Origin: Candidatus Peregrinibacteria bacterium CG10_big_fil_rev_8_21_14_0_10_36_19
GTDB lineage: Bacteria; Patescibacteriota; Gracilibacteria; UBA1369; LOWO2-01-FULL-3
DNA: 40,000 nucleotides
Assembly: GCA_002772535.1 (NCBI GenBank)
Contig: PFDP01000011.1
Coordinates: forward strand, 2,401 to 42,400
Direction: 5' to 3'
Shown: positions 8,431 to 18,021 of the stretch, piece after piece
How positions within the stretch are numbered: the first letter of the stretch is position 1
How the letters are laid out: each line of letters begins with the position of its first letter
Translations under genes and position numbers: made by a program
The notes under the pieces: generated by a model
The model's database searches: none
What the model was told of the DNA's origin: nothing
The model's input: only the letters and a program-made list of their open reading frames with translations

Positions 8431-11051
8431 TATTTTTTTAGGAATTGTTTTAATGTGTTATTTATAGTTGGAATTATAAATGCTGTTGAAGCAGCTAAAA
8501 TTATTATACCCCATTCTTTAATTTCTAGTGGTGTAGTTTTGAAAATACTTTGCATGAATGGTTGATAAATCATAATTATTTGTAGAATAAAAGAAATACC
8601 AATGGCAACTAATAATGATTTATTTGCCATTAACGATTTGATTTTAATATTTTTTTCGTCTTTGCACACTAGTGCAAAAAATAGTTCAAAGACAACTGTT
8701 TGTGTGAAAACCATTGTTCTAGCATGAGAAGCTATATTTAATTGGCTTGTGTCTATATTGGAGGCTATGTCTATAGTTGTTCCGTAGAAATATATGGCTA
8801 AGTTTGCAATTGTTTGCACAAGTGCCGCAGTTAATATGAAACTTAAAAATTTTTGGAACATATGTTCCTGCTTTGGATGAGGTTTTTCTAACATTATATT
8901 TTCTGCGGCAGGAGATTGTCCTAATGCTAGGGCTGGTAGTGCATCTGTGGCTATGTTTAACCATAGTATTTGCAATGGAAGAATTGGCAGTGGAAAACCG
9001 AGAGCTGTGAGTATTGCCACAACCATTATTGTAATAAAGTTGGCTGATAGCATATATTTAATGAATGCAAGAATGTTTTTATAAATCCGTCTTCCTTCTT
9101 TAATAGTGTTGACGATGGTACTAAAGTTATCGTCTTTAAGAATTATGTCTGCAACCTCTTTTGTTGCTTCTGTGCCTTTAATTCCCATGGCAATACCTAC
9201 GTCTGCATGTTTCAAAGCTGGCGCATCATTTACGCCATCTCCTGTGACTGCAACAACATGTCCACTTTTTTTGAGTATCTCAACTATTCTATATTTGTGC
9301 TCTGGTTTTGTTCGTGCAAATATTTCTGTTGATTGTATAGCTTTTCTGAGCTGTGAGTTTGTCATTTTATCTATTTCTTCACCAGTAATGACATTATTTA
9401 CTGTTAATCCTATTTCTTCTCCTATGGCCTTGGCTGTAATGGCATTGTCTCCTGTTATGATGCGAATTAAGATTCCTGCTTTCTGAGCAATCTCAATTGA
9501 AGCTTTTACGCTTTTACGTGGTGGATCCAACATACCTACCAACCCCACAAAGATTAGATTTTCTTCGCTAAAATCTTTTGTATGTGGTTTGTATGCAAAG
9601 CCCAATACTCTAAGAGATTTTGATGCATATGCTTCTGCTATTTTTTCATATTTTCTTTTGTCTTGTGCGCTTATTTTTTGAACTTTTCCGTCTTTGTATA
9701 TATGGCTGCTTTTTTTGATAATTTCTTCAAATGCTCCTTTTGTCATTATTTCTTTTTGTTTGCCACTTTCTATTAAAACGCTCATCATTTTCCTTTCGGA
9801 ACTGAAAGGTTTTTCATCTACTTCTTTAAATAATTTTATATAACCTGCTTTTCTAGTTAGAATTTTCAATGCAATTTCAGTAGGGTCGCCCAAGAGAGTT
9901 TTGCCATTTTTGTCTACATACGAACTATTACAATTTTCACATATTTCTAATAGTTTTTTTTCTTCTACGGTTGAAGGTTTAAATTTTTGTGAGTAAGAGT
10001 AGCCAACTCCATCTATAGATCTTTCTAAAAAGTTGCAGTTAATTTTTTTAACCGTCATTTCATTGAGCGTGAGGGTGCCGGTTTTGTCTGAACAAATTAT
10101 GGTTGTTGCTCCTAGGGTTTCTATGGAGTTCATTTTTCTAACTATAGCTTTTTTTCTAGCTAATGCTTGAATTCCCATAGCTAATGTTAGAGTTACAATT
10201 ATTGGCATTCCTTCTGGAATGGCTGAAACTCCTAGTGAAACTGATGTCATAAACATTTCTACAAAACTAATGTGCTCGATAAAGCCTAAGATGAAAACAA
10301 TACTCACAAGGACTATTGTTACTATCGCTAATTTTTTACCTAAGTTGTCTAGTTGAACTGTGAGAGGGGAGCTGGAGCTTTTTTGTTTGGAAATTAGATT
10401 AATTATTTTACCAAATTCAGTATTTATTCCTGTACTTATAACTTTTGCCATTCCTCTTCCACTTGAAATAATAGTGCCCTTAAAAAGAGTGCCTTCTTTT
10501 CCTGAGGTTACTAATTTGTTTACTGGCACACTTTCTCCTGTAAGCATTGATTCATCTACTTTAATTGCGAATGATTCAATGAGTTCTAAATCTGCTGGTA
10601 TTTTATCTCCTTCATTTAGGATAACGATATCATTTGGAACTAATTCTCTAATATTTACTTCTTGTTTAATGCCATTTCTAATCACAATGGTTTTTTCTAC
10701 AATCATTCTTGTTAAAGCATTTACCGCATTGTCTGCTTTATATTCTTGTATAAACCCTATAGTTGCGTTTATAAGTACGATTGCCAATATTGCTAGACCA
10801 TCTATCGTTTCACCAACGGAAATCGATATAGCGCCTGCTATAATTAATACCAAAATCAAGAAAGATGAAAATTGTGCTAAAAGTATTTTTAGGACTTTGT
10901 ATTCTCTTTTTTTAGGTATTTCATTATAACCAAATTTCTTAAGAGCTGTATGTACTTGTAAAGTACTTAGTCCTAATTTGGAGTTGTTGTTTGTTGCTGC
11001 CATGCGAAAGAATGAGGGAGTAAAAATGCTCCTTTGTATTCTAGCAGGCAA
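8430..11051 (-). CDS. P2-type cation-transporting ATPase (Ca2+-ATPase-like)
   Basis: 873 aa with TGES, PEGMP (TM4), CSDKTGTLT, KGAFE, DPPR, TGDN, TGDGVNDAPAL and LWLNIATDALPALALG (TM6) motifs. The start could instead be Met17 at 11003. Confidence 0.9.
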   Translation of the reverse strand: MPARIQRSIFTPSFFRMAATNNNSKLGLSTLQVHTALKKFGYNEIPKKREYKVLKILLAQFSSFLILVLIIAGAISISVGETIDGLAILAIVLINATIGFIQEYKADNAVNALTRMIVEKTIVIRNGIKQEVNIRELVPNDIVILNEGDKIPADLELIESFAIKVDESMLTGESVPVNKLVTSGKEGTLFKGTIISSGRGMAKVISTGINTEFGKIINLISKQKSSSSPLTVQLDNLGKKLAIVTIVLVSIVFILGFIEHISFVEMFMTSVSLGVSAIPEGMPIIVTLTLAMGIQALARKKAIVRKMNSIETLGATTIICSDKTGTLTLNEMTVKKINCNFLERSIDGVGYSYSQKFKPSTVEEKKLLEICENCNSSYVDKNGKTLLGDPTEIALKILTRKAGYIKLFKEVDEKPFSSERKMMSVLIESGKQKEIMTKGAFEEIIKKSSHIYKDGKVQKISAQDKRKYEKIAEAYASKSLRVLGFAYKPHTKDFSEENLIFVGLVGMLDPPRKSVKASIEIAQKAGILIRIITGDNAITAKAIGEEIGLTVNNVITGEEIDKMTNSQLRKAIQSTEIFARTKPEHKYRIVEILKKSGHVVAVTGDGVNDAPALKHADVGIAMGIKGTEATKEVADIILKDDNFSTIVNTIKEGRRIYKNILAFIKYMLSANFITIMVVAILTALGFPLPILPLQILWLNIATDALPALALGQSPAAENIMLEKPHPKQEHMFQKFLSFILTAALVQTIANLAIYFYGTTIDIASNIDTSQLNIASHARTMVFTQTVVFELFFALVCKDEKNIKIKSLMANKSLLVAIGISFILQIIMIYQPFMQSIFKTTPLEIKEWGIIILAASTAFIIPTINNTLKQFLKK

Positions 11052-11069
11052 ACAGCAATTTGTGGAGTA

Positions 11070-11504
11070 TTAACGCTTGCTGAATTGTGGACTCTTTCTC
11101 GCACGTTTAAGACCGAATTTCTTACGTTCTTTAGAACGAGGGTCACGAGTTAGCATTCCAGCTTTCTTTAAAGTAGTTTTTGAAAGCGGATCAATTTCAA
11201 TTAGTGCTCTTGCAATACCATGACGGATAGCTTCAGCTTGCGCTGATTCACCACCACCTTTTACTACAACAGTCGCGTCAAATTCTTTTAGTTTACCAAC
11301 CATCTTTAGTGGAGAGTTGATAAGACCAATTAGTGTTTTAATTCCGAAGTACTTAGTTGCTTCTTTGTCGTTAACAGTCATTTTACCTTCACCTTTGTAA
11401 AGTCTAACTTTTGCTACAGCAGTTTTTCTTCTACCATTAGCATAAGTGTATTTACCACTTGGAGTTGTCATTTTAGTTGTTTTTTCTTCTGCTGTTTTAG
11501 ACAT
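11070..11504 (-). CDS. rpsI: 30S ribosomal protein S9
   Basis: Its C-terminus, GLKRARKSPQFSKR, and conserved core are typical of S9. It follows rplM. Confidence 0.96.
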   Translation of the reverse strand: MSKTAEEKTTKMTTPSGKYTYANGRRKTAVAKVRLYKGEGKMTVNDKEATKYFGIKTLIGLINSPLKMVGKLKEFDATVVVKGGGESAQAEAIRHGIARALIEIDPLSKTTLKKAGMLTRDPRSKERKKFGLKRARKSPQFSKR

Positions 11505-11518
11505 TTTTTAATATAGTG

Positions 11519-11947
11519 TTAGACTTCTAATGTTAGAGGTGATTGAGCAACATGTGGATGTTCTTCACCAGCGTAGATTTTTAGTTTCCCCATGAATACT
11601 TTTCTCAATCTGTTTTTTGGAAGCATTCCTGATACTGCTAATTCTACAAGTTTTGTTGGTTTTCTTTCGTTCAGTTTTTCTGCTGACTCTTCTTTGAAAC
11701 CTCCTGGGAATCCTGAGTGGCGTGCGTACATTTTATCACTCCATTTTTTGCCAGTAAGTTTGATTTTATCTGCATTAATTACTACAACGAAATCACCACA
11801 GTCCATGTGAGGAGAAAAATAAGGTTTATTTTTACCTCTTAGGATGTCAGCAATTTTTGTAGACATACGTCCTAGTACTTGGTCTTTAGCATCGATAACA
11901 TACCATTGTTTTTCGATTTCTCCTGGTTTTTTAAGTGTTGTTTTCAT
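11519..11947 (-). CDS. rplM: 50S ribosomal protein L13
   Basis: 142 aa with a KQWYVIDAKDQVLGR N-terminal motif. Confidence 0.96.
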   Translation of the reverse strand: MKTTLKKPGEIEKQWYVIDAKDQVLGRMSTKIADILRGKNKPYFSPHMDCGDFVVVINADKIKLTGKKWSDKMYARHSGFPGGFKEESAEKLNERKPTKLVELAVSGMLPKNRLRKVFMGKLKIYAGEEHPHVAQSPLTLEV

Positions 11948-11952
11948 GATAT

Positions 11953-12306
11953 TTATACTAATTCAAGTTGTACTACAGGTGCATTATCACCATTTCTGTT
12001 ACCCAATTTTGTAATTCTTGTGTATCCAGATGTGCGATCTTGGTATTTTTCTACTAGTACTTCAATAATTTTTTTAGAACTATTGTCGTGTTGTAGAAGT
12101 TTTTCTAGTTGGCGAATAGCTTCTCTTTTTTCTTTCTTTTTAGCTATGTTGATAAGTTTTTCAACAAACGGTTGTACTGCCTTTGCCTTAGTTGTAGTAG
12201 TTTTTATCTTTTCGTAGATAATTACTGCCATAGCTAGGTTACGGATTAGTGCCGTTTGATGATCATTATCTGATCCTAATTTAATTTTTTTAACTCTGTG
12301 TCTCAT
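11953..12306 (-). CDS. rplQ: 50S ribosomal protein L17
   Basis: 117 aa with an MRHRVKKIKLG...H..ALIRNLA motif. It lies downstream of rpoA. Confidence 0.95.
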   Translation of the reverse strand: MRHRVKKIKLGSDNDHQTALIRNLAMAVIIYEKIKTTTTKAKAVQPFVEKLINIAKKKEKREAIRQLEKLLQHDNSSKKIIEVLVEKYQDRTSGYTRITKLGNRNGDNAPVVQLELV

Positions 12307-12365
12307 GATTTATTGTTTTGTGGATTGTTAATCTACTTTAGTTTATTTTGATTTGCAATGTTTTT

Positions 12366-13340
12366 TTAATCTTCTGAAAGGGTGTGCCCTTTTTTCTCTA
12401 GTGCATCCTTAACTTCGTTTAATGCTTTTCTTCCAAAACCTCTTAGGTTTGTTAGTTTACTTTCTGTGCATTTAGATAATTGTTCAATTGAACCAATACC
12501 ACCGTTAATTAGTGCATTTAATGTTCTAGGAGAGAATCCTAGGATTTCAATTGGAGTGTAAGATTCTTGCGTTGGTTTTGTAGACTCTTGTTCTTGTTCT
12601 TTTTCTAGGATTGATTTGATGTCAGACATATAATCTTCTTCAACCATGATGTTTTCAATATTGAAAAGATTAAAGTAAGATTGTAGGACATTTGAACAGA
12701 ATTTTAGAGCATCTTCAGGAGAAATTGCGCCATTTGTACGAATTTCTAGTGTTAGCTTGTCTAGATCTGTCATTTCACCTACACGAGTTGCTTCTACATC
12801 ATAACGAACTTTTTTTACTGGAGAGTAAAGAGAGTCAAGTATGATGATGCTTGTATCTGTTTCTTGTTTTTGTCTTGCTGCAGCTGGTACGTATCCAACT
12901 CCTTTTTCTACAACTAGTTCAATTTTTAGTTTTGCTCCTTTATCTAGGGTAGCAATGTGTAATTCTGGGTTTAAAATCTCAACATCTGATGGACAAGAAA
13001 TGTCTTTACCAGTAACAACACCTTCTTTACTAACTTCGATTGTGATTGTTGATGGGGCAGCGCTGTCTTTTCTAATGTTTAATTGTTTTAGGTTTAGACA
13101 GATATCTAGTACGCTTTCTTTTACACCTTTGATTGTTGCATATTGGTGAGTTACACCGTCAAATTTAGCGCCAGTAACAGCGGCACCAGGTAGTGAAGAT
13201 AAAAGTACTCTTCTTAGCGCATTTCCAAGTGTAACACCATATCCAGTTGGTAGTGGACCCATTGTAAAAACTGTATGGTTATCAGCCATTTGTTCAGTTT
13301 TAATTTTCGGAATCCCTATTTTTTCTTGAATTAAATGCAT
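12366..13340 (-). CDS. rpoA: DNA-directed RNA polymerase alpha subunit
   Basis: It has the TLGNALRRVLLSS motif and a C-terminal domain with LNLSPRTLNAL-like IEILGFSPRTLNALING. I chose the ATG at 13340, because the track start at 13427 overlaps rpsD by 50 nt and adds a non-conserved extension. Confidence 0.93.
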   Translation of the reverse strand: MHLIQEKIGIPKIKTEQMADNHTVFTMGPLPTGYGVTLGNALRRVLLSSLPGAAVTGAKFDGVTHQYATIKGVKESVLDICLNLKQLNIRKDSAAPSTITIEVSKEGVVTGKDISCPSDVEILNPELHIATLDKGAKLKIELVVEKGVGYVPAAARQKQETDTSIIILDSLYSPVKKVRYDVEATRVGEMTDLDKLTLEIRTNGAISPEDALKFCSNVLQSYFNLFNIENIMVEEDYMSDIKSILEKEQEQESTKPTQESYTPIEILGFSPRTLNALINGGIGSIEQLSKCTESKLTNLRGFGRKALNEVKDALEKKGHTLSED

Positions 13341-13377
13341 TTTTGATAGGTTAGGTGATGGTTGAAGATTTTTATTA

Positions 13378-13992
13378 TTATTTAGAATAGTATTCTGTAA
13401 TGAGTTGGCTATCAATAGCTTGCTCAATATCGTCCTTATCAGGACTAGCAGTTACTTCGAATCTTAGGTTGCTAATGTCGGCACTCATCCATTTAGGAGC
13501 TTGCCATTTTGCTTCTTTAGCACCTTCAAATAATTTTGAATCTTTTTTATTATCTCTTACTTCAAATTTATCTCCAACTTTAACTTGAATAGAAGGAGTT
13601 TTTACTTTTCTTCCATTCATTTTTACTATTCCGTGACTCACCATTTGACGAGCTTGAGGTCTAGTTGTAGCAAAGCCTGCTCTAAATACTGCGTTATCAA
13701 GTCTTGTTTCAAGGATTTTCATAAACTCTTCACCAGTAACACCATCTTTTTTATTAGCTTGATCGTAATATTTTCTACATTGTTTTTCACTAATACCATA
13801 CATGAATCTAGCTTTTTGCTTTTCAGCTAGTTGTTTAGCATATTCAGATTTTTGAGAGAATCTTTTTTGACCGTGTTCACCTGGTTTGTATGGTTTCTTT
13901 TTGAAAGCTTCAGTTTTGCTTTTACCGTTTGTAAATAGCATTACACCTAGCTGTCTTGAAAGTCTTGTTATTGGTCCTCTATATCTTGCCAT
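13378..13992 (-). CDS. rpsD: 30S ribosomal protein S4
   Basis: 204 aa with an MARYRGP N-terminus and an S4 RNA-binding domain (RLDNAVFRAGFATTRPQARQMVSHG). Confidence 0.96.
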   Translation of the reverse strand: MARYRGPITRLSRQLGVMLFTNGKSKTEAFKKKPYKPGEHGQKRFSQKSEYAKQLAEKQKARFMYGISEKQCRKYYDQANKKDGVTGEEFMKILETRLDNAVFRAGFATTRPQARQMVSHGIVKMNGRKVKTPSIQVKVGDKFEVRDNKKDSKLFEGAKEAKWQAPKWMSADISNLRFEVTASPDKDDIEQAIDSQLITEYYSK

Positions 13993-14017
13993 AATTAATT
14001 AAAAGTTAAATTTAAGT

Positions 14018-14413
14018 TTATACACGTCTTGCTCTTCTTTGACGACATCCATTGTGAGGTACTGGCGTAGTATCTGTAATTGTAACTAGATCTAAACCAG
14101 CTGCTACAAGTCCACGAATTGCTTGTTCACGTCCAGTTCCAACACCTTTAACGAATACGTGTACTTTTTCAAGTCCGTATGGTTTAGCTTTTTCTGCTGC
14201 ATTTTCAGCTGAAACTTGAGCTGCATAAGGAGTAGCTTTTCTAGCTCCTTTGAAACCATTTGATCCAGAACTGCTCCATGATAGTACGTTTCCGTTTGGT
14301 TCTGTTAGAGTAACGATAGTGTTGTTGTATGATGCGTGTATGAATGCTTTTCCTTCAGGAACAACTCTTCTTTTTGCTTTTTTTACAACTTTTTTTGCTG
14401 GTGCTTTAGCCAT
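14018..14413 (-). CDS. rpsK: 30S ribosomal protein S11
   Basis: 131 aa with [17 protein letters not shown] and [13 protein letters not shown] motifs. Confidence 0.96.
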   Translation of the reverse strand: MAKAPAKKVVKKAKRRVVPEGKAFIHASYNNTIVTLTEPNGNVLSWSSSGSNGFKGARKATPYAAQVSAENAAEKAKPYGLEKVHVFVKGVGTGREQAIRGLVAAGLDLVTITDTTPVPHNGCRQRRARRV

Positions 14414-14422
14414 ATTTAATTA

Positions 14423-14797
14423 TTATTTACCTACTTGTTTTTTATTTGCTACTGTCTTTCTCTTACCTTTTCTAGTACGAGCATTGTAGCGAGTTCTTTG
14501 ACCTCTTACAGGAAGACTTCTTTTATGTCTGTAACCTCTGTATGTGCCAATTTCTTGAAGATGCTTAATATCCATAGCAACCTTTCTTTTAAGATCACCT
14601 TCAGTTTGAATTTTTTCAATAAGTTTTCTTAGAATACCAACTTCGTCTTCAGATAAATCTTTTACTTTTTTATCTCTATCAACGTTAGCTTCTTGCAGAA
14701 GCTTGTTGCTCAGACTTTTTCCAATCCCGAAGATTGACATTAGTCCGATTTCTATTCTTTTTTCCTTTGGTAGGTTTACGTTAGCTATACGAGCCAT
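14423..14797 (-). CDS. rpsM: 30S ribosomal protein S13
   Basis: 124 aa with an [11 protein letters not shown]-terminus and [17 protein letters not shown]. Confidence 0.96.
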   Translation of the reverse strand: MARIANVNLPKEKRIEIGLMSIFGIGKSLSNKLLQEANVDRDKKVKDLSEDEVGILRKLIEKIQTEGDLKRKVAMDIKHLQEIGTYRGYRHKRSLPVRGQRTRYNARTRKGKRKTVANKKQVGK

Positions 14798-14825
14798 TGA
14801 GTAATTTTTAGCAATTAAGTTCTAA

Positions 14826-14860
14826 GCAGTCAGTACTCTTGGGGGTCGAATACCGACTGC
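14826..14860 (-). promoter_or_regulatory. Intergenic stem-loop between rpmJ and rpsM
   Basis: There is a 10-bp stem, GCAGUCGGUA...UACUGACUGC on the minus-strand RNA, perfect with one G-U pair. On the plus strand the same position is an A-C mismatch. The loop is 15 nt and C-rich, and no U-tract follows. Confidence 0.4.
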
Positions 14861-14871
14861 TCAAAATTCAA

Positions 14872-14985
14872 TTATCCTTGTTTTTGCTTATGTTTTTTAG
14901 TTTTACAAATAACACGTAGTACTCCTTTGCGACGGATTACTTGGCATTTTTGGCAGATTGCTTTTACAGATGAGCGTACTTTCAT
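14872..14985 (-). CDS. rpmJ: 50S ribosomal protein L36
   Basis: It is absent from the ORF track because it is too short. My hand translation of the minus strand gives [37 protein letters not shown] (37 aa), the classic zinc-ribbon L36. It sits between infA and rpsM as expected. Confidence 0.9.
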   Translation of the reverse strand: MKVRSSVKAICQKCQVIRRKGVLRVICKTKKHKQKQG

Positions 14986-14986
14986 A

Positions 14987-15217
14987 TTATTTGTGACGGT
15001 AAGTGATCCTACCTTTAGTTAAATCGTAAATGCTTAATTGTATTGTGACTTTATCACCAGGCAATATTTTAATGAAGTTAACCCTCATTTTGCCTGATAG
15101 GTGAGCATCTATTATTAGATCTTTGTAAGGTTCATCATCAATTCTAACTTTGAATTGCGCGTTCGGTAGAGGCTCAATTACGATGCCTGTTACCTCAATG
15201 ATGTCTTCTTTGCCCAT
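14987..15217 (-). CDS. infA: Translation initiation factor IF-1
   Basis: 76 aa from the ATG at 15217: [24 protein letters not shown]...[19 protein letters not shown]. The track's upstream extension to 15286 is not conserved and overlaps a predicted promoter. Confidence 0.93.
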   Translation of the reverse strand: MGKEDIIEVTGIVIEPLPNAQFKVRIDDEPYKDLIIDAHLSGKMRVNFIKILPGDKVTIQLSIYDLTKGRITYRHK

Positions 15218-15257
15218 TAATATGCCCTTTTTAGTGTTTTTACTACAAAGCGGTAGG

Positions 15258-15286
15258 ATTTTACACGATGTGATTAGTCGATGCAA
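15258..15286 (-). promoter_or_regulatory. Candidate internal promoter upstream of infA-rpmJ-rpsM
   Basis: The minus strand reads TTGCAT (15286-15281), a 17-nt spacer, then TAAAAT (15263-15258). It lies in the 96-nt map-infA gap, the largest gap in the block. Confidence 0.45.
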
Positions 15287-15313
15287 TAGAATTTTACATA
15301 AAAAATGTTAATT

Positions 15314-16066
15314 CTATAGCTCTGTTAAAATCTCCGCACCTGTTTGAGTTATCAGAACTGTGTTTTCGTACTGTACAGCTAGTGAATCATCATCTGTTAC
15401 GATTGTCCAACCGTCGGATAATGTTTTTAATTCATGTGTACTTACTGCAAAAATTGGTTCTATAGCTATTGTCATTCCTGGTTTTAGTTGAGCTCCTCTT
15501 TCTCCATCATAGTAATTTAGTACTATTGGATCTTCGTGAAGACTTCTTCCAATTCCATGACCAGTTAAGTCGTATATTACTTTAAAATTTGCTTCATTGA
15601 TAGTCTCTTCTATGGCTTTACTAATTTCACTTACTTTTTTTCCAGGTTTTGCTGCGTCTACTCCTTTATAGAAAGCTGTTTTTGCAGTTTCGATTAGTCT
15701 TTTTTTGAGTGGTGAAATTTCTCCAATTCCTATAGTTCGTGCTGCGTCTGTGTATAATCCATCAAGTATTACTCCACAATCTGCTGTAAAAAGATCTCCT
15801 TCTTTGAGAATTTCGTCATTTCTTGGAATTCCATGAACAATTACGCTATCAATTGCGGTACATAAGGTAGCAGGGTAGTTGTGAAATCCTTTAAAAGCTG
15901 GTTTTCCTCCCATTTTAATAATTAGCTCTTCTGCAAATATATCGAGTTCCTTTGTACTAACTCCAGCTTTTGCTTTATTACAAACCTCTTCTAAAACTGT
16001 GGCAAGAATTTTTCCTGCCTTTCTCATTATTTCTATTTCTTCCGGAGTTTTGATTGTGATTGCCAT
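15314..16066 (-). CDS. map: Methionine aminopeptidase, type I
   Basis: 250 aa. The metal-ligand context FTADCGV..DGLYTDAART, HGIGRSLHE, and EPI.. / YENTVLIT are present. Confidence 0.94.
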   Translation of the reverse strand: MAITIKTPEEIEIMRKAGKILATVLEEVCNKAKAGVSTKELDIFAEELIIKMGGKPAFKGFHNYPATLCTAIDSVIVHGIPRNDEILKEGDLFTADCGVILDGLYTDAARTIGIGEISPLKKRLIETAKTAFYKGVDAAKPGKKVSEISKAIEETINEANFKVIYDLTGHGIGRSLHEDPIVLNYYDGERGAQLKPGMTIAIEPIFAVSTHELKTLSDGWTIVTDDDSLAVQYENTVLITQTGAEILTEL

Positions 16067-16070
16067 TAGT

Positions 16071-16700
16071 TTAGGACATTACTTTGTCGAGCGCTTCTAA
16101 TGCAAGTATTTTTACTTCTTCAATTTGTGGTTCTCCGTCTATTATGATGAGTTTGTCTTTGTATAGTTCTATTGCTGGTTTTGTTTCGGTTTCAAAAGCG
16201 TTAAGTCTTGTTTCAATGGCGTCTGGTGTATCGTCTTTTCTAGTTTCAAGTGGATGACCATTTGGACAATTTTCCTCTTGGTAATCTGCTGGGTATACAG
16301 TTTTACATATATTACAAATTCTACGAGTTGTAAGACGCTTTAAAGCTGTTTCTTTGTTTATGTTGATCAGAACTGCTCTATAATTTCTGTTATGCTTTTC
16401 TAGTACTGCGTTTAAGGAATTTGCTTGTTCAATTTTTCTTGGAATTCCATCAAAAAGAATAGGGGAGTTTCCTTCCAGATTGTTCATGAAGTTTTCAACA
16501 ATTTCCATTACTACTTCATTGGAAACAAGATGACCAGCCTCTATAATTGATTTAATTTTTCTTGCGAGTTCAGAATCTTCTTGAGCTAGCTTTCTTAGTT
16601 CTGCTCCTGTTTCAAAAATTTGCATTCCGTAATTTTCAGCGACGGTTTTTCCAAGTGTACCTTTACCCGCGCCTTGCATTCCAAAGAATATCAAATCCAT
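16071..16700 (-). CDS. adk: Adenylate kinase
   Basis: The P-loop GMQGAGKGT lies at the N-terminus when the ATG at 16700 is used, whereas the track start at 16733 overlaps secY. A Cys-containing lid (CNICKTVY...CPNGH) is present. Confidence 0.92.
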   Translation of the reverse strand: MDLIFFGMQGAGKGTLGKTVAENYGMQIFETGAELRKLAQEDSELARKIKSIIEAGHLVSNEVVMEIVENFMNNLEGNSPILFDGIPRKIEQANSLNAVLEKHNRNYRAVLININKETALKRLTTRRICNICKTVYPADYQEENCPNGHPLETRKDDTPDAIETRLNAFETETKPAIELYKDKLIIIDGEPQIEEVKILALEALDKVMS

Positions 16701-16710
16701 AATTGAAGTT

Positions 16711-18009
16711 TTAGTAGAATTTTTTGTAGTCATGCATTACCAGCATGGCATTAATTTGACGAATCAATTCTAGTACTACACCTACGATGATGATGATACC
16801 AGCTCCTGATATTAGTAGAGTAACTGATCCTACGCTAGCTGAACTAAACACAAATTGTAGTAGTAGTGGCAGAATCGCTATTATTCCAAGGAAGAATGAT
16901 CCGAATAGTGTTAGTCTGTTTGAAATGTGTTGTAAGTAATCTGTAGTTTGTTTTCCAGGTCTGATCCCAGGGATGTATCCTCCTCTTTTTTGGATGCTGT
17001 CTGCGATTTCATCTGGATTGAATGTTATAGACACATAAAAGAATGTGAATGCTACTACAAGTAAGAAGTAAAATACTAGGTAGCTGAAATTGTTTGGTGA
17101 AAATAATGTAGTTAATGTGCTTCCGAAATCTTGTAACCATTGTGAGTTTGCGTTTACTAGGAATTGAGCCAAGATACCAGGGAAACTCATTAGTGCTACT
17201 GCAAAGATGATAGGGATCATTCCAGCTTGGTTGATACGAATTGGTAAGAATGATTGACCATTTTTGCCTTTTACACCATGTCCTGCGTAAGTAACTGGAA
17301 CACGTCTTTGACCTTCATTTACAAGTACAACTATTACCATCAATATGATTGTTAATAGTACTATTGCAATGAATGGGATAAGTCTTGATTCGTCGTTTTG
17401 AGCTAAAAATAAGTTTTGTCCAATTGTTGCAGGAATTTGAGAGATGATACTTGCGAAAATTATCATTGAAATTCCATTTCCAACTCCATTTTCTGTGATC
17501 TGTTCACCAAGCCATACAAGTAAAACTGTACCTGCTGAGATGCTTAACATTACTGGTAGCATTACTGCTGGGTCGCTTGTAGAACTTAAAATTGGTAATT
17601 GTGCTTGAGAGTTTAGCAATAAAATCATTCCATATGATTGCAAGAAAGCTAAAGGAAATGTAAGCCATCTAGTCCATGTGTTGATTTTTCTTCTACCACT
17701 TTCTCCTTCCTTTGAAAGACTTTCAAGTTTTGGAGATATAACAGTTAATAACTGCATTATGATAGATGCATTGATGTATGGAGAAATTCCCATTAATACG
17801 ATTGAGAAATTTTCAGAAGAACCTCCTGTAAGTAAACTAAATACTTGTAGAAGTTCGTTTCTGTTTTGGATAGCTTTTAAGGCTTCCATATCTGCTCCTG
17901 GAACAGTGATATGGGCAATGAATCTATAAGCTAAGATCATTAAAATTGTGAATCCAATTCTGTTTCTTAAATCTTTTGAATTCCAGATTTGTTTTACGTA
18001 TGTAAGCAT
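16711..18009 (-). CDS. secY: Preprotein translocase subunit SecY
   Basis: 432 aa polytopic membrane protein. It sits in the canonical position between rplO and adk. Confidence 0.95.
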   Translation of the reverse strand: MLTYVKQIWNSKDLRNRIGFTILMILAYRFIAHITVPGADMEALKAIQNRNELLQVFSLLTGGSSENFSIVLMGISPYINASIIMQLLTVISPKLESLSKEGESGRRKINTWTRWLTFPLAFLQSYGMILLLNSQAQLPILSSTSDPAVMLPVMLSISAGTVLLVWLGEQITENGVGNGISMIIFASIISQIPATIGQNLFLAQNDESRLIPFIAIVLLTIILMVIVVLVNEGQRRVPVTYAGHGVKGKNGQSFLPIRINQAGMIPIIFAVALMSFPGILAQFLVNANSQWLQDFGSTLTTLFSPNNFSYLVFYFLLVVAFTFFYVSITFNPDEIADSIQKRGGYIPGIRPGKQTTDYLQHISNRLTLFGSFFLGIIAILPLLLQFVFSSASVGSVTLLISGAGIIIIVGVVLELIRQINAMLVMHDYKKFY

Positions 18010-18021
18010 TGATGAGAGGGT

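Noticed and set aside
13341-13427. Upstream extensions of track ORFs for rpoA (to 13427), adk (to 16733), infA (to 15286) and pyrE (from 2476).
   Set aside because: The extensions overlap the preceding gene and add residues before well-conserved N-termini. Examples are the adk P-loop, the IF-1 MGKED start and the rpoA spacing to the GNALRR motif.
14798-14871. Possible tRNA in the 74-nt rpmJ-rpsM gap (GGGGGTCGAATACC resembles a T-loop).
   Set aside because: No acceptor, D or anticodon stems can be drawn, and the supposed T-stem has no complementary arm. The sequence folds instead as a single long hairpin.
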